DNA of 64,000 bases from Octopus sinensis (lineage: Eukaryota). Position numbers and translations under genes: made by a program. Each line of letters begins with the position of its first letter. The stretch's first letter is position 1. Shown here piece by piece: positions 37,251-50,230 of this stretch. The notes under the pieces were generated by a model. The model was not told the DNA's origin. It ran no database searches and saw only the letters and a program-made list of their open reading frames with translations. The stretch lies in NCBI RefSeq assembly GCF_006345805.1, contig NC_043003.1, positions 60,512,001-60,576,000 of the forward strand, given 5' to 3'.

Positions 37251-38567
37251 ACTGTGATAAGTAATAAAAGAAATTAGAAGTCAACAAAAATGTTTACCGG
37301 TGCCTTACAGCTTACATAGATTTAGCAACATTATCCACCCTAAACTGTGCTTGGTGTCAGGTAGGAAGACTACTAAAATTGAAATAACTAGTAACTGTTC
37401 AGTATTTAGTTTTAAAACCATTTATCTCAGCTATCTTCGTTGAGATGTTATATCGGAAACTTTTATCGAGAGCTGTATCAATAATGGTTCAAGCAAGCAA
37501 TTTTGACGCATATTTCTCATAACCTCCAATATTATAGTTTCACACCTGATATTTAGTTTAAAATCTATCATCTGTATATTGCCAAAGTTCCTAATTGAGA
37601 AAGTGTGTGAAAGCCTTTCGCTTTATTAGTATCTAATTGTATAAATAGAAAGAACCAATGAGGTTGTTGGAAGTACTAAAATGCTGCTTCGGGTAAAAAG
37701 TCAAACTGAAATAAGATAATCACAATTGTCTCTAGTTAATCAATTAGGCCTGAGGTTGATGATTTCTTCTCACCATACTGCTGGATTCACGAAGCCGCAT
37801 CAAGAAAAGATAGGATAACTTGCAAACACCTCTGAAAATGTGGCTAATTGCTTTGAGAATGATAATTTAAAGAGGGAAAATTGAAATAATACAAAGCAAA
37901 ACAGAATGAAACTAAACAAAAAATAAACTTATACTAACATCAAGAAACCAAAACACAATTGAATTATAAGAATTGTTTAAGTTTCAAAAATATATGGCTG
38001 TATATAGAATAATAAACAAAGACAAACAAAAAAAACAAACATTGCGGAGCATTGCGCTGCACCACCTGCAAGATAAGATTTAGTAAATGTGATAAGTCCC
38101 ATACCAACTGACTAATTTGCATAGTGTTTTAACTGAATACTGGTTTAAGCTGACTAAGCAACGACCAAAAATCGATATTTTAGGCGAAATACCTCTTCTA
38201 AAGGCGACTTTTGTTAGGCATGATAATGAATGTGTCACATATAGCGTTAATTACAGGATTTCTATGGCGTTGTTTCAACATTGTATCTTTAGATCTAATG
38301 TTACCTAAGGTCACTGTTTCTCACTGGAATACTGTAACTGTCGGGGTTTCTATCAGCATCTACCGTTAAAACATAAGCAGCACTAATGTGATTTGTTTGG
38401 GATTCTCAACTATACTCTTACTACTTAGAAAAGATTACGAGGTAAATGTATTAGTTGATTAAATCGACCGCGGGGTTTATCTGCCACTTTATCTTATTGA
38501 CCTTGTGATAATGAAAGGTAAAATTAACCTCTATGGAAATTGAAGTCATAACTTAGGAAAATGTACA

Positions 38568-38874
38568 CAGTGATCCTTCGACAATCGCGAAGGTGAAGAT
38601 CCGCGATAGGTGAAAATCCGCGAAGTAGAAACTATACTGTACTTCATCATTTATCTTTTATTCTTTTATTTGTTTCAGTCATTTGAGTGCGGCCATGCTG
38701 GAGCACCGCCTTTATTTGAACAAATCTACTCCAGGCTTATTCTTTGTAAGCCTAGTACTTAATCTATCGGTTTCTCTTTTGCCGAACCGCTAGCTAAGGG
38801 GGATGTAAACACAGCAGCATCGGTTGTCAAGCGATGGCGGAGGTCCGAACACACAAACACACATACACTTATAC

Positions 38875-38905
<31 letters not shown>

Positions 38906-39070
38906 ACGGGCTTCTTTCAGCTTCCATCCACCAAATCCAATCAAAAGGCTATGGTTGGCCCAAAGCTTTAGTAGGAAACACTTGCCCAAGGTGCCACGCA
39001 GTGAGACTGAAACCGGAACCATATTGTTGGTAAGCAAGCTATTTACCACACAGCCACTCCTGCACCTATA

Positions 39071-39105
<35 letters not shown>

Positions 39106-39242
39106 AATTATTTTATTATTTGTATATTTTAATTTTAATATACACGCAAGAAATCACCACGGAGGAATCGACGTTAGCTTAAATAATTAGCTGCGATAGG
39201 TGAACCACAGCAGTAGAACCGCGATATGGCGAGGAATTACTG
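38568..39242. mobile_element. pogo/Tigger-type MITE interrupted by a SINE
   Basis: Diverged TIRs cagtgatccttcgacaatcgcg and cgcgatatggcgaggaattactg|TA, with internal gcgataggtgaa repeats. Confidence 0.65.
38642..39065 (-). mobile_element. SINE family A with a 10-bp target-site duplication
   Basis: ctatactgta at 38632-38641 and at 39066-39075. Confidence 0.88.
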
Positions 39243-39244
39243 TA

Positions 39245-39475
39245 CCTATTTCTTTACTACCCACAAGGGGCTAAACACAGAGAGGACAAACAAGGACAGA
39301 TAAACTGATTAAGTCGATTATATCGACCCCAATGCATAACTGGTACTTAATTTATCGACCCCGAAAGGATGAAAGGCAAAGTCGACCTTGGCGGGATTTG
39401 AACTCAGAACGTAACGGCAGACGAAATACGGCTACGCATTTAGCCCGGCGTGCTAACGATTCTGCCAGCTCACCA
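39245..39475 (-). mobile_element. SINE family B, tail type 1
   Basis: Full-length reverse-complement copy. Confidence 0.9.
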
Positions 39476-39823
39476 CATTACTGTACCACGAGTATTTTCT
39501 TCGTGTGTGTGTGCTGTCCTGTGATCTCCTAGGTCTCTCTCCCACCACGTAAGAAGTTATACGTATGAGATGTGAAATTGAACTCATAACTTAGGAAAAT
39601 GTACACAGTGATCCTGTAAAATAATGTAAAAAACATTATTTATTGCATGAATTTTTTTTTAAATACCCGTATAATTTTTCAACGCGAGATAGCTGTGAGA
39701 AGACCCTAGAAAGTTGGATAACTACTTTTAGAAGTCGGGAAAAAAAAACAAAATGTTATAGATAAGTACTCGAAACTTGCACCTTATTCACAGTTTCCAA
39801 ACACAACTTAAGCAGTGACTCAA

Positions 39824-39855
<32 letters not shown>

Positions 39856-39941
39856 ACCAATACACATACGCGCTCACACATATATACACATACACACAAA
39901 TGAAAGGCAATGAATGTGTGTGTGTGTGCGTGCATGTGCCT

Positions 39942-39988
<47 letters not shown>

Positions 39989-40544
39989 GTGTGTGTGTGG
40001 TGTGTGTGCTGTTTACTGACAAAACTTCGTGTTGCATCATTTTTGTGAAATTTGTCAGTGAACAGGTCGCGGTTTCGAAGCGACAGTAATATTTTGACAC
40101 AAATGAAATTTTAATGTTGAAGTGAAACTAACGGCATTTGTGTATTCTTGAATGGCTTACAAACATCTACGCTGCAATTGCTTTTGCTTCGGCACGCGAT
40201 CTCGGATCAAGTCACTTGCTACGCAAGTACACCTCCGAAATTTTTAAAAATCAATGTGGATAAATGCCAGCAATGACCTTTACAGGCTCTCCAATATTTT
40301 AATTTCTAAACAGAAACAATCGGGGGCAGGGAGTGGGGCTCGGGAACAAGGTGCTGTAATTGTTGTTGTTGATGAGATGAGAATCACGTCTGAGGTTCAT
40401 TATGCTGCAGGCTTGAACACACTTTCTTATTATATTCCAAATTTGCGGACTGAGAAAATCTAATTTTTATGATGCTAAAGTGCATTTTGAGAACAATTTT
40501 GCTGTGATTTTCAGAACTCTTGTAAAAACATATTCACCATTTTT

Positions 40545-40940
40545 TTAATTCTTTTATTTTATTTGTTTCAGTCATTTGACTGCGGCCATACTGGAGCACC
40601 GCCTTTAGTCGAACGAATCGACCCCAGGACTTATTCTTTGTATGCTTCGCGCTTATTCAATCGTTTTTTTTGCCGAACCGCTATGTTACGGGCACGTAAA
40701 CACACCAACATCGGTTGTCAAGCGATGGTAGTGGGGGACAAACACAGACTCACAAACACACACACACACACACACACATATACGACGAGCTTCTTTCAGT
40801 TTCCGTGTACCAAATCCACTCACAAGGCTTTAGTCGGCCCGAATTTTATTGTAGAAGACACTTACCCAAGGTGCCACGCAGAGGGACTGAACTTGGAACC
40901 ATGATTTTGGGAAGTAAGCTTCTTACCACACAGCCACGCC
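40545..40940 (-). mobile_element. SINE family A
   Basis: Tail, (CA)n and head. Confidence 0.87.
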
Positions 40941-41624
40941 TCTCCAAGAAAAAAAAAAATAAAAGTATAAAATTAAGCGCAGACTAAATTCTGTTCTGTT
41001 TATGTATTCCCGAAATTTCTTCAGTTTATGGAGAATCTAACATAAAATCTTGTTTTACTTGTTTCATTCATTGGGCTGCGACCATGCTGGGGCACCGCCT
41101 GGAAGGGATCAACAGAACGAATCGAACCCAGCACTTATTTTTCTTCTACAGTTTGGTATTTATCGTATCGGTGTATTTTCGCCGAAACGTTGTTTTGTGC
41201 GTGTTTGTGTATGTGTACTTGTGTGTGTGTTAGTGTGTGCGTGCGCGTATATGTGTATGTGCATGTGTGCGTATTTGTATATATGTTCTTGTGTGTGTGT
41301 TTGTGTGTGTGAGTCTGTGAGTCTGTGTCTGTATGTGTGTTTGCCTCTCTCTCTCTCTGTGTATGTGTCTGTGTGTATCTGCTTGTAAGTGCGTATTTGT
41401 ATATATGTTCTTGTATGTATGTATGTATATATGTATTTGTGTGTGTTTGTCAGTGTAAGTGCACGCGTGTGCGAGTGTATGAGTTTGTGTGTGTATGTGT
41501 GTTTGCTTCTGTGTGTGCGTGTTTGTGTGTATATTTATGTGTGTGAGTTTCTGTGTGTAAGTGTCTGCGTGTGTGAGTACGTGCGCGTTAGTCTGTGTGA
41601 GTATATGTGGTTGCTTCCCTGTGT

Positions 41625-41662
<38 letters not shown>

Positions 41663-41694
41663 CTGTGTATATGTGTGTGAGTCTGTGACAAGAG

Positions 41695-41934
41695 TTTGCT
41701 TTCCAGCCACGGGGTTCCAGGTTCAGTCCTGCCGCGTGGTACTTTGGGCAAATGCTTTCCAATAGCTCCGGACCAACCAAGATCTTTTGAATGGATTTCG
41801 TAGACGGCAAGAAGCCCGTAGTATGTATGTGTATATACATGTGTGTGTGTGTGTATGCGAGCGTGTGTGCCGTGTGTGTATGCGTGTATATGTGTGGATG
41901 TGTGTGAGCATGTTCGTGCACATGTGTCTGCGCA

Positions 41935-41970
<36 letters not shown>

Positions 41971-42150
41971 TGTTTGTCCTTCAACACTGGACAACTGGTG
42001 TTCGTTTGTTTACGCTCTCGTAACTTAGCGGTTCGGTGTAGGAAACAGCTACAATGAGTACCAAGTATAGTTAATGAGGTACAGCTGTTGTTTCGTTCGA
42101 CTAAAACCCATCGCAGCAGTGTCCCGGTAGGGCCACAGACCAAACACAGA
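41695..42150 (+). mobile_element. SINE family A, diverged
   Basis: Head ggttccaggttcagtcctgccgcgtggtactttgggcaaatg, internal (TG)n and tail remnants. Confidence 0.7.
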
Positions 42151-42182
42151 AACAAGTAAAAGATATAATACATGCACATATA

Positions 42183-42342
42183 GGCGCATGCGTGGGTGTG
42201 TGGTAAAAAGCTTGCTTCCCAATTACATGATTCCGGGTTCAGTCCCACAGCGTGGCACTTTGGACAAGTGTCTTCTACCGGCCGACCAAAGCCTTGTGAG
42301 TGGATTTGGTAGACGGAAACTGAAAGAGCTCGTCGTATATAC

Positions 42343-42390
<48 letters not shown>

Positions 42391-42830
42391 ATATTAATTA
42401 GAGACAAAACCACTATTTTGCAAATCAAACAAGGAAGGACTTAATCAATACATAAAAAAAATTAATATAAATAAATAAATCGCCACTACAATTGATTTGC
42501 AAAATAGTGGTTTTGTCTCTAATTAATATTATATAATATTTTACTATAAAATTGGATTCAATCCTAAATCTGATTTTTCCCTGTAAATTTGGATTTATTC
42601 CCTAATATTTATTATTATATATGTATATATATAATGTGTGTGTGTGTATTTGTGTGTGCATGTCGCTTGACAGCCCGTAACTTAGTGGTTCGGCAAAAGC
42701 CACCAACAGAATAAGTAGATGGATTACAATGAATAAGTTCTGGGGTTGATTTGTTCGACTAAAGGCAGTGTTCCAGCATGGTCGCAGTCAAAATGACTGA
42801 AACAAGAAGGAAAATAAGAAGGAAAGAATA
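42183..42830 (+). mobile_element. SINE family A whose internal microsatellite hosts an AT-rich palindromic insert
   Basis: Head 42183-42340, insert 42385-42620, tail 42640-42830. Confidence 0.75.
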
Positions 42831-44187
42831 TAGAGACAGAGCGTGTGATAAATAAAGAGAGAGAGAGGGGGGCGGATGAGAGATTTGCATATTTGTACTT
42901 ATACATGCCTATGTAAGTGTGTGTGTGTGTGTGTGTGTGTGTATACACCCACGGTTGTGTTCCAGCATGACCGTAGCCGCATGGCTGAAACAAATAAAAG
43001 AATATATGCATATCTATATATATTTCAAGCCTAATCATGCTTATTTGTATGGAAGTGGCAGTTATGTTTACAATCATCATCTCGAAATGTGGCACTTAAA
43101 CCATGGACTAACTAACAATGAAACTGGCACAATATATTCTTCCGGCACTAGTGATGACGTTGTCAGCACGCCTGGATGAGCAGAGAAGCTGCACAGATTT
43201 CAGCCTTTTGTAAAAACCAATTTTAAAGCCAATCTGATTCATATATTTTGGTTTATCCTCCTGTGTGAAAACGTTATTTCTTGCTAGTTTATAAAACTAT
43301 AGTTTTGAGAATGCATACAATACCACGAAAATTAGAGCGGCAGATCAGTGCATTGAACCAGAATTCAGGTTCAAATTAGAGGTGGAACCGGATTAATGAT
43401 AGTCGGCTGCGATCAGTCACAATTTCAAATCGTAGTTCCTATCTTTTTTTTTTAAACAGTCGCTACCTGATTCGGAGGCGTCGTATCAGAAGCCTGTAAG
43501 GAATTAGCAGAGATTCTTATATAGAGATGAATATTTTAATTTGATTTGAGACGAGATTTGATGTCAACATATCCTTGAAACTACTGTTTGTTTAGAAGTA
43601 ACTTTATTACGAAGATTTAGAAATAGGTTTCATATACTGTTTTGAATTAGATTTAATCCAAAACACTGCTCTAAACAATATCATTGCGTCTTCCATTATT
43701 GATCTTCTTCCTGTTGTTGTTGTTGCTGTTTTGTTACAGTTTTATTGCTGTTTTGTTATTGTTGTCGTTGTTATTGCTGCCGCCTTGCTACTGCTGTTGT
43801 TGTTGCTGCTGCTGCTGCTGGTGTTCTTGTTGTTGTTGATTGTGTAGTTTTCGCACAACAAACAACGACTTTTAATATTGATTCCCTCAACAAAACAAAA
43901 TCATTATCACCATCATTGTTATTACCAACATCATCATCATCAGCATAATCATTATCGTCATTTCATCGTCGTCGTCGTAGTTAAGGTCGTTATCGCTATC
44001 CTTATCTTTATCGTCGTCGTCGTCATCGCCGTTGTTGTTGCTGTTGTTGTTGCAGTTGTTGATGATGATGATGAAGATGATGTGTCTGAGGAGAGAGATG
44101 GGGAGGAGGAAGATAGATTTCTTTCTTTTCCAAAATTATATTCAACAATAAAAACAAAATCATATATATGCATACGTATATATACAT

Positions 44188-44237
<50 letters not shown>

Positions 44238-44423
44238 TACATACATATATACATATATATATGCATACATATATATATATATGTGTATATATATATGTGT
44301 GTGTATGTATATATATATATATTTATACACACACACACATATACATACATATATGTGTATATATAAATACATTTATGTTTGTATGTATGTATGTTAATAC
44401 ACACCACACACACACACACACAC

Positions 44424-44495
<72 letters not shown>

Positions 44496-45667
44496 GAAAT
44501 TTCGAAAATTCAAGAAAAGCAGCGCAGACGAGGAAAGTCAGCAATCAAAATTCATGGCAGCCAGCTAATGAGTGGAAACGAAGAGTGTAAAGATATAGGT
44601 TGATAAGCATCAAAGTATAAGAAGGAGAGAAAGAAAGAATGAAAGGCAGAGAGAGAGCGAGAGGGGAAAGCGAGAGGGTGAGGGAGACAAAGAGAGCGGA
44701 CAAGCCGCAGGCTAATGTCAATTCCATTCTGTATAGTCTTCTTTATGATCTCATAGTTTTGTAGCTTCTCGACACTTTTCTGTTGGTCCTCCACGTCGTT
44801 ATTATACAGAAAGCGGATTAGTTCCTTCTTGTTAGCACTTCAGATCGATTAAACAACATCGTTTCAGACATATAAGAACGAAGTTCATAAACCCAAGTCC
44901 TCGGTGTTTTTAAAACTTATCTTAGCCGTCGTAAAGTGTCAGCGACAAAAGTAATAAAGGCAACGCATTTGAAAATTGTCTGTCTGTCTTTTACCATTTC
45001 GCTTTTACAATGCTAATGTACTAAGTTTTGCGTACGTCTCTCTATGAGTGATACCCTATGTGTGCTGTTGAGAGTGTGTACATGTGTGTATGCTTGCAGT
45101 GTGATTGGAAGTGAGAGAGAGAGAGAGAGAGACAAAGAGAGACATAGAAACAGACAGACTGGAAGAAAGAACGTGAGCCCGCGTGTGTACGTACCTATAT
45201 GTGTACTTCTGTGTGTGTGGTGTGTGATTGTCAGTTTAAATTTCTGTGTATGAAGATGCTAATATTGACTATATGTATGAAATCATTTGCGAAGAAAATA
45301 AGACAAAACAAGGTTACGGCGATAGCTTTTAATGCCGGTTTTGGCTCTAATCAATACGTACATACACCTCCACGTCTATACACCTACACATGTACATACA
45401 CACTCGCACGCGTGCATACTGAAATAATATATATTTCTCAAATACAACAAAGAGTATTTTGCAGTAAACATTTGGGAAAGGTTCGATAGTCATAAATAAA
45501 TCGAGAACAGTCGTTCCCAGCCGGGGTCCATATGATTCTTGAAGGCCCATACAAGACTTTGTTGTCAAAATTGATGCAATAAAATGGGTTATACTTCTAC
45601 AGTGCATCAAATATTTTAATATTTCTATACAATTCTTAATAATAATTAATTATTAAAAAATACATAA

Positions 45668-45834
45668 TAGGCGCGGAAGTGGCTGTGTGGTAAGTAGCTT
45701 GGTTCCGGGTTCAGTCCCACAGCGTGGCACCTTGGGCAGGTGTCTTCTACTGTAGCTTCGGACCGACCAAAGCCTTGTGGGTGGATTTGGTAGACGAAAA
45801 CTGAAAGAAGCCGTCGTATATATGTATATACGTA

Positions 45835-45904
<70 letters not shown>

Positions 45905-46135
45905 GTGTGTGTGAATGTGTGTCTGTCTGTATTTGTCCTCCCTGCATCGCTTCACAACCGATGGTGGTGTGTTTACGTCCCCGTAACTTAGCGGTTCGGC
46001 AAAAGAGAGACCGATAGAATAAGTACTAGGCTTACAAAGAATAGTCCTGGGTCGATTTGCTCGATTAAAGGTGGTGCTCCAGCATGGCCGAGGTCAAATG
46101 ACTGAAACCAGTAAAAGAGTAAAAGAGTTGGATAT
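45668..46135 (+). mobile_element. SINE family A
   Basis: Head, (TA)n and tail ending gtaaaagagtaaaagag. Confidence 0.88.
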
Positions 46136-46246
46136 TTTGAGGGTCCATCCAAGTAAAATAAGAATGAAATGAAGGTGCAGGAGTGGCTGAGTGGAAAGTA
46201 GCTCGCTTTCCAACCACATGGTTCCAAGATCAGTCCCACTGTATGT

Positions 46247-46278
<32 letters not shown>

Positions 46279-46350
46279 GGTACGTTTATATATTTGTTGT
46301 GCAAGATTTTTTATGTGAAGTCGTGTGTTGAAACAGACATTGCTGTATTT

Positions 46351-46444
46351 CGGAATGGTCATTTTGCCAGTTTAGCCAATAAAAACACACGCACTACATA
46401 GTGCGTGTGTTTTTATTGGCTAAACTGGCAATATGACCATTCCG
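46351..46444. repeat. 94-bp palindrome (46-bp arms, 2-nt loop, one mismatch)
   Basis: cggaatggtcattttgccagtttagccaataaaaacacacgcacta-ca-tagtgcgtgtgtttttattggctaaactggcaatatgaccattccg. Confidence 0.95.
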
Positions 46445-46607
46445 GTGGGTGTGTGGTAAGTAGCTTGCTAACCAACCACATGGTTCCGGGTTCAGGCCCA
46501 CTGCGTGGCATCTTGGGCAAGTGTCTTCTGCTATAGCCCCGGGCCGACGAATGCCTTGTGAGTGGATTTGGTAGACGGAAACTGAAAGAAGCCTGTCGTA
46601 CATATAT

Positions 46608-46656
<49 letters not shown>

Positions 46657-46860
46657 TTGTGTGTCTGTGTTTGTCCCCCTAGCATTGCTTGACAACCGAT
46701 GCTGGTGTGTTTACGTCCCCGTCACTTAGCGGTTTGGCAAAAGAGACTGATAGAATAAGTACTGGGCTTACAAAGAATAGGTCCCGGGGTCGATTTGCTC
46801 GACTAAAGGCGGTGCTCCAGCATGGCCGCAGTCAAATGACTGAAACAAGTAAAAAGAGAA

Positions 46861-46862
<2 letters not shown>
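46445..46862 (+). mobile_element. SINE family A
   Basis: Near full-length; the head abuts the palindrome. Confidence 0.88.
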
Positions 46863-46896
<34 letters not shown>

Positions 46897-47406
46897 ATGT
46901 GTGTGGGTCAGTGTGTGTGTGTGCCTATGCCTGCACACAAGGACACATATGGAGACACGGATCCACACATATAAAGATGCACATCCATACATACAAACAT
47001 GGTACATAGTTGCATAACACACACACACACACACACATAGACATGCACACACAAGGAGACAGAAGTGCATACATATACAAGCACATGCTCACACACACAT
47101 TTATAGAAAATACACAAACACGGACATGTGAGTACATGAATATGCAGGATACATACATACAGATGCACACACATACATACATATATACCTATGCATACAC
47201 ACACATATATACATATATATACATGCAAACACACATACAAACATATATACGTACATGCATGCATAGGCACACATACACACACACTGACCCACACACATGC
47301 GCACAAACAAAGAAAAGGGAACGAAGTGTAAGTAACAGGAGTCAAGACTATTGAAATGGTTGCAAGACGAAACGTAAAATGTTATCTATCTATCTATATA
47401 TATATA

Positions 47407-48448
47407 CTAGCAGTATCGCCCGGCGTTGCTCGGGTTTGTAAGGGAAATAACTATATAAGCATTTTTAGAGAGTTACTTCCCTTATAGATGCCAATTCGGG
47501 CTTTCTTAGCCATTTCTATTTTGGTGTCTTCAAGCCATGAAGTCGTTGTTCTAAAAGAACGCTGGTCACCTTGACAACGCTTTACGACGTTGATTTCCTT
47601 ACACTCCCTTCCCCACAGGCTCACGAGGGAGGGAAGAAGGGGGAAAGCAAACAGGTGCGGGTGTGGCCATGGACGCCAACTCCGCCGCCATCGATACACG
47701 AAAAATTATGCATTAAAATGGAATAAAAAATGATGTTAAATTATTTTTAAAATCGTAGACGCGCGCTAATACTCAGACGGGCTCGATATGAATCACGACT
47801 ATAAGATACCCGAATTTGTTTAAACTGCACCTCAAAATGTGGGAGTAGTTAGGAATCTAAATCGAAGGGGACAGACACTCACACAACTACAGTTTTATAT
47901 ATATAGACTAGCAGAATCGCCCGGCGTTGCTCGGGTTTGTAAGGGAAATAACTATATAAGCATTTTTAGAGAGTTATAGCCAAAAAATAGCAAAAAAAAT
48001 GCATTAAAATGGAAAAAAAATTATGGTAAATTTTTTTTTTAATCGTTGACTCATTGTAGACATTTTCTGTTTTGGTGTCTTCAAGCCATGAAGTCGTAGT
48101 TCTAAAAGAACGCTGGTCTCCTTGACAACGCTTTACAACGTTGATTCCCTTACACTCCCTTCCCCACAGCTTCACGAGGGAGGGAAGAAGGGGAGAAGCA
48201 ACACAGGTGTGAGCGTGGACGCCAACTCCGCCGCCATCGACACACGAAAAATTATGCATTAAAATGGAATAAAAAATGATGTTAAATTATTTTTAAAATC
48301 GTAGACTCATCGTAGACGCGCGCTAATAGCCAGACGGGCTCGATATGAATCACGACTATAAGATACCCGAATTTGTTTAAACTGCACCGCAAAATGTGGG
48401 AGTAGTTAGGAATCTAAATCGAAGGGGACAGACACTCACACAACTACA

Positions 48449-48495
<47 letters not shown>
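47407..48495 (-). mobile_element. Head-to-tail dimer of non-autonomous Helitrons (units 47407-47907 and 47908-~48495)
   Basis: Each unit has CTAG and the CCCGAGCAACGCCGGG hairpin at its 3' end. The junction reads tatatataga|ctagcag with no intervening bases. Confidence 0.9.
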
Positions 48496-48497
<2 letters not shown>

Positions 48498-49235
48498 CAA
48501 TGACCTACTACTGGTAGACACGCAATCTAAAACTACCTGAACAAAATCGAGCCGCTGGCGACAAAGCCGTCAACTATCAATCGTCACCCACAGCCCCAGC
48601 AAGCTCGGTTAGAAGAATGATTTTTTTCTTTTGGCAGGGGTGAGGATTATCTTATTGGGATACCTTGCAAGATGAAAAACAAAATATCAGAGGACAGATG
48701 AACTGAATAGACTCAATGACCATCTAAATAAAACATCTATATTATTATTGTTGTTGTCGCTACTGCTATTATTATAACAACCAACTATCGGGAATTATAA
48801 CAATCACTATCGGAAATTGTGTTTATTGATTTATATATTTTTCTGGATTTTATTTTTATATCTTTTACATATATACTTGTTGTTGTTTCTCCTTTTGATT
48901 AATGAACCCCATCACCACCACCGCCAGTTTTTTTGTTGTATGTTGACTTTTAACATAGACATCAATGTGTTGGGCCATTGTGACAGATAAAAGAAATCAT
49001 GATTATTATAAATAAGTAAATGAGTGGAAACTTTACCAGTGGATGTGTTCAATAATAAGGCACTAAACGAGAATGACTCTTCCCAGACACAACAAAATAT
49101 GCTTCAACACACGAACTCACATAAAGAATCTTGCAAACCAAATCCAAAAACGAAATGATTATTATAGTTAATCATTGAATCATGGAACCCTTTACTACTG
49201 GCTGATAACTGGTAACAACAACAACAATGATGATC

Positions 49236-49284
<49 letters not shown>

Positions 49285-49619
49285 CGGACTCTCTCGTTGA
49301 AGATGACGCAAGAGCGTTCAAATCTTGCCAAACGACCTGCACAAATGATTTGTTTATAGTGATCAAATGCATTTGCCGCACATTAGCTGACTCCCTCCTT
49401 CATCAAATTGACGTTGTCTGAACAGGTGCACAGTGTGCCACACGTCAGGTGTCGAAGTGATTGCAGAACAACGTGAGATGAAGTATTTTGCTCAAGAACA
49501 CAGCGCAACAGCCAATCTAGGAATTGAAACCACGATCTCGAGAACGTGAGATGATGAACGGTAAAGTCGACCACGGTGCATTTTGAAATAAGAATCCAAA
49601 AACGAACGAAATACCTCTA

Positions 49620-50230
49620 TGAATTTTGTCTAGATCCCTATCCATCCCACCACCACCCCATCCCTTACACCCACTCCCACATACTCCACCTCTACCCCCA
49701 CTCTCAGCCTAACCCACACCCCACCCTTGCTTTCCCCACTCTCGCCTCCTCCACATCCCAACACCACCACACCACACACCTCCACATCACCACTCCACCA
49801 TACCACACAACACCACATCACATCACACCACTAGGCAAACACTAGTACTGACCACTTCCCAGCACCCACACCATCATCCACACACCTACACATGCACACA
49901 TGCGCACGTCAAGGTCACCAGCCCACTCGCACATACATGCTCTGTTATACACACGCATGTACACCTTCGTTTTGTGATCACCACTACAATATTGTCTCCC
50001 CTTCTTCCTAGCTCTCCTGTGTGACCCCTCTGTCCGGCATTCGCCATGATAGATTGCTAGCCACTACCCATTCTTTATTTCCTCTCCCTGTTTCTTTCTG
50101 TGTTCCTTTCTGTGGAAGAGCATAGACTCGAAACGTTACACATTTTTTTCATTTCCCGAGCGTTAAACTAATACATCTGTTTGTTGTGTACACCACCTGT
50201 CTTCGTCTTTTTTTTTTGTTTTTTTTTTGT
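49620..50230 (+). mobile_element. Possible Penelope-type pseudo-LTR remnant with a degenerate hammerhead-like core
   Basis: ctgtgga-a-gagc-atag-actc-gaaac-gtta at 50110-50138. No coding remnant recognised. Confidence 0.4.

Noticed and set aside
41230-42428. ORFs of 254 and 297 aa rich in H/T or C/V
   Set aside because: They derive from (CA)n/(TG)n tracts and SINE sequence.
43395-43445. Hairpin gatagtcggctgcgat...atcgtagttcctatc as a pre-miRNA
   Set aside because: Only about 14 bp of stem with a 15-nt loop, which is too short.
44552-44850. Protein-like frame KKELIRFLYNNDVEDQQKSVEKLQNYEII on the minus strand
   Set aside because: It is short, has no recognisable family and only weak splice signals. 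Worth a BLASTX but not supportable now.
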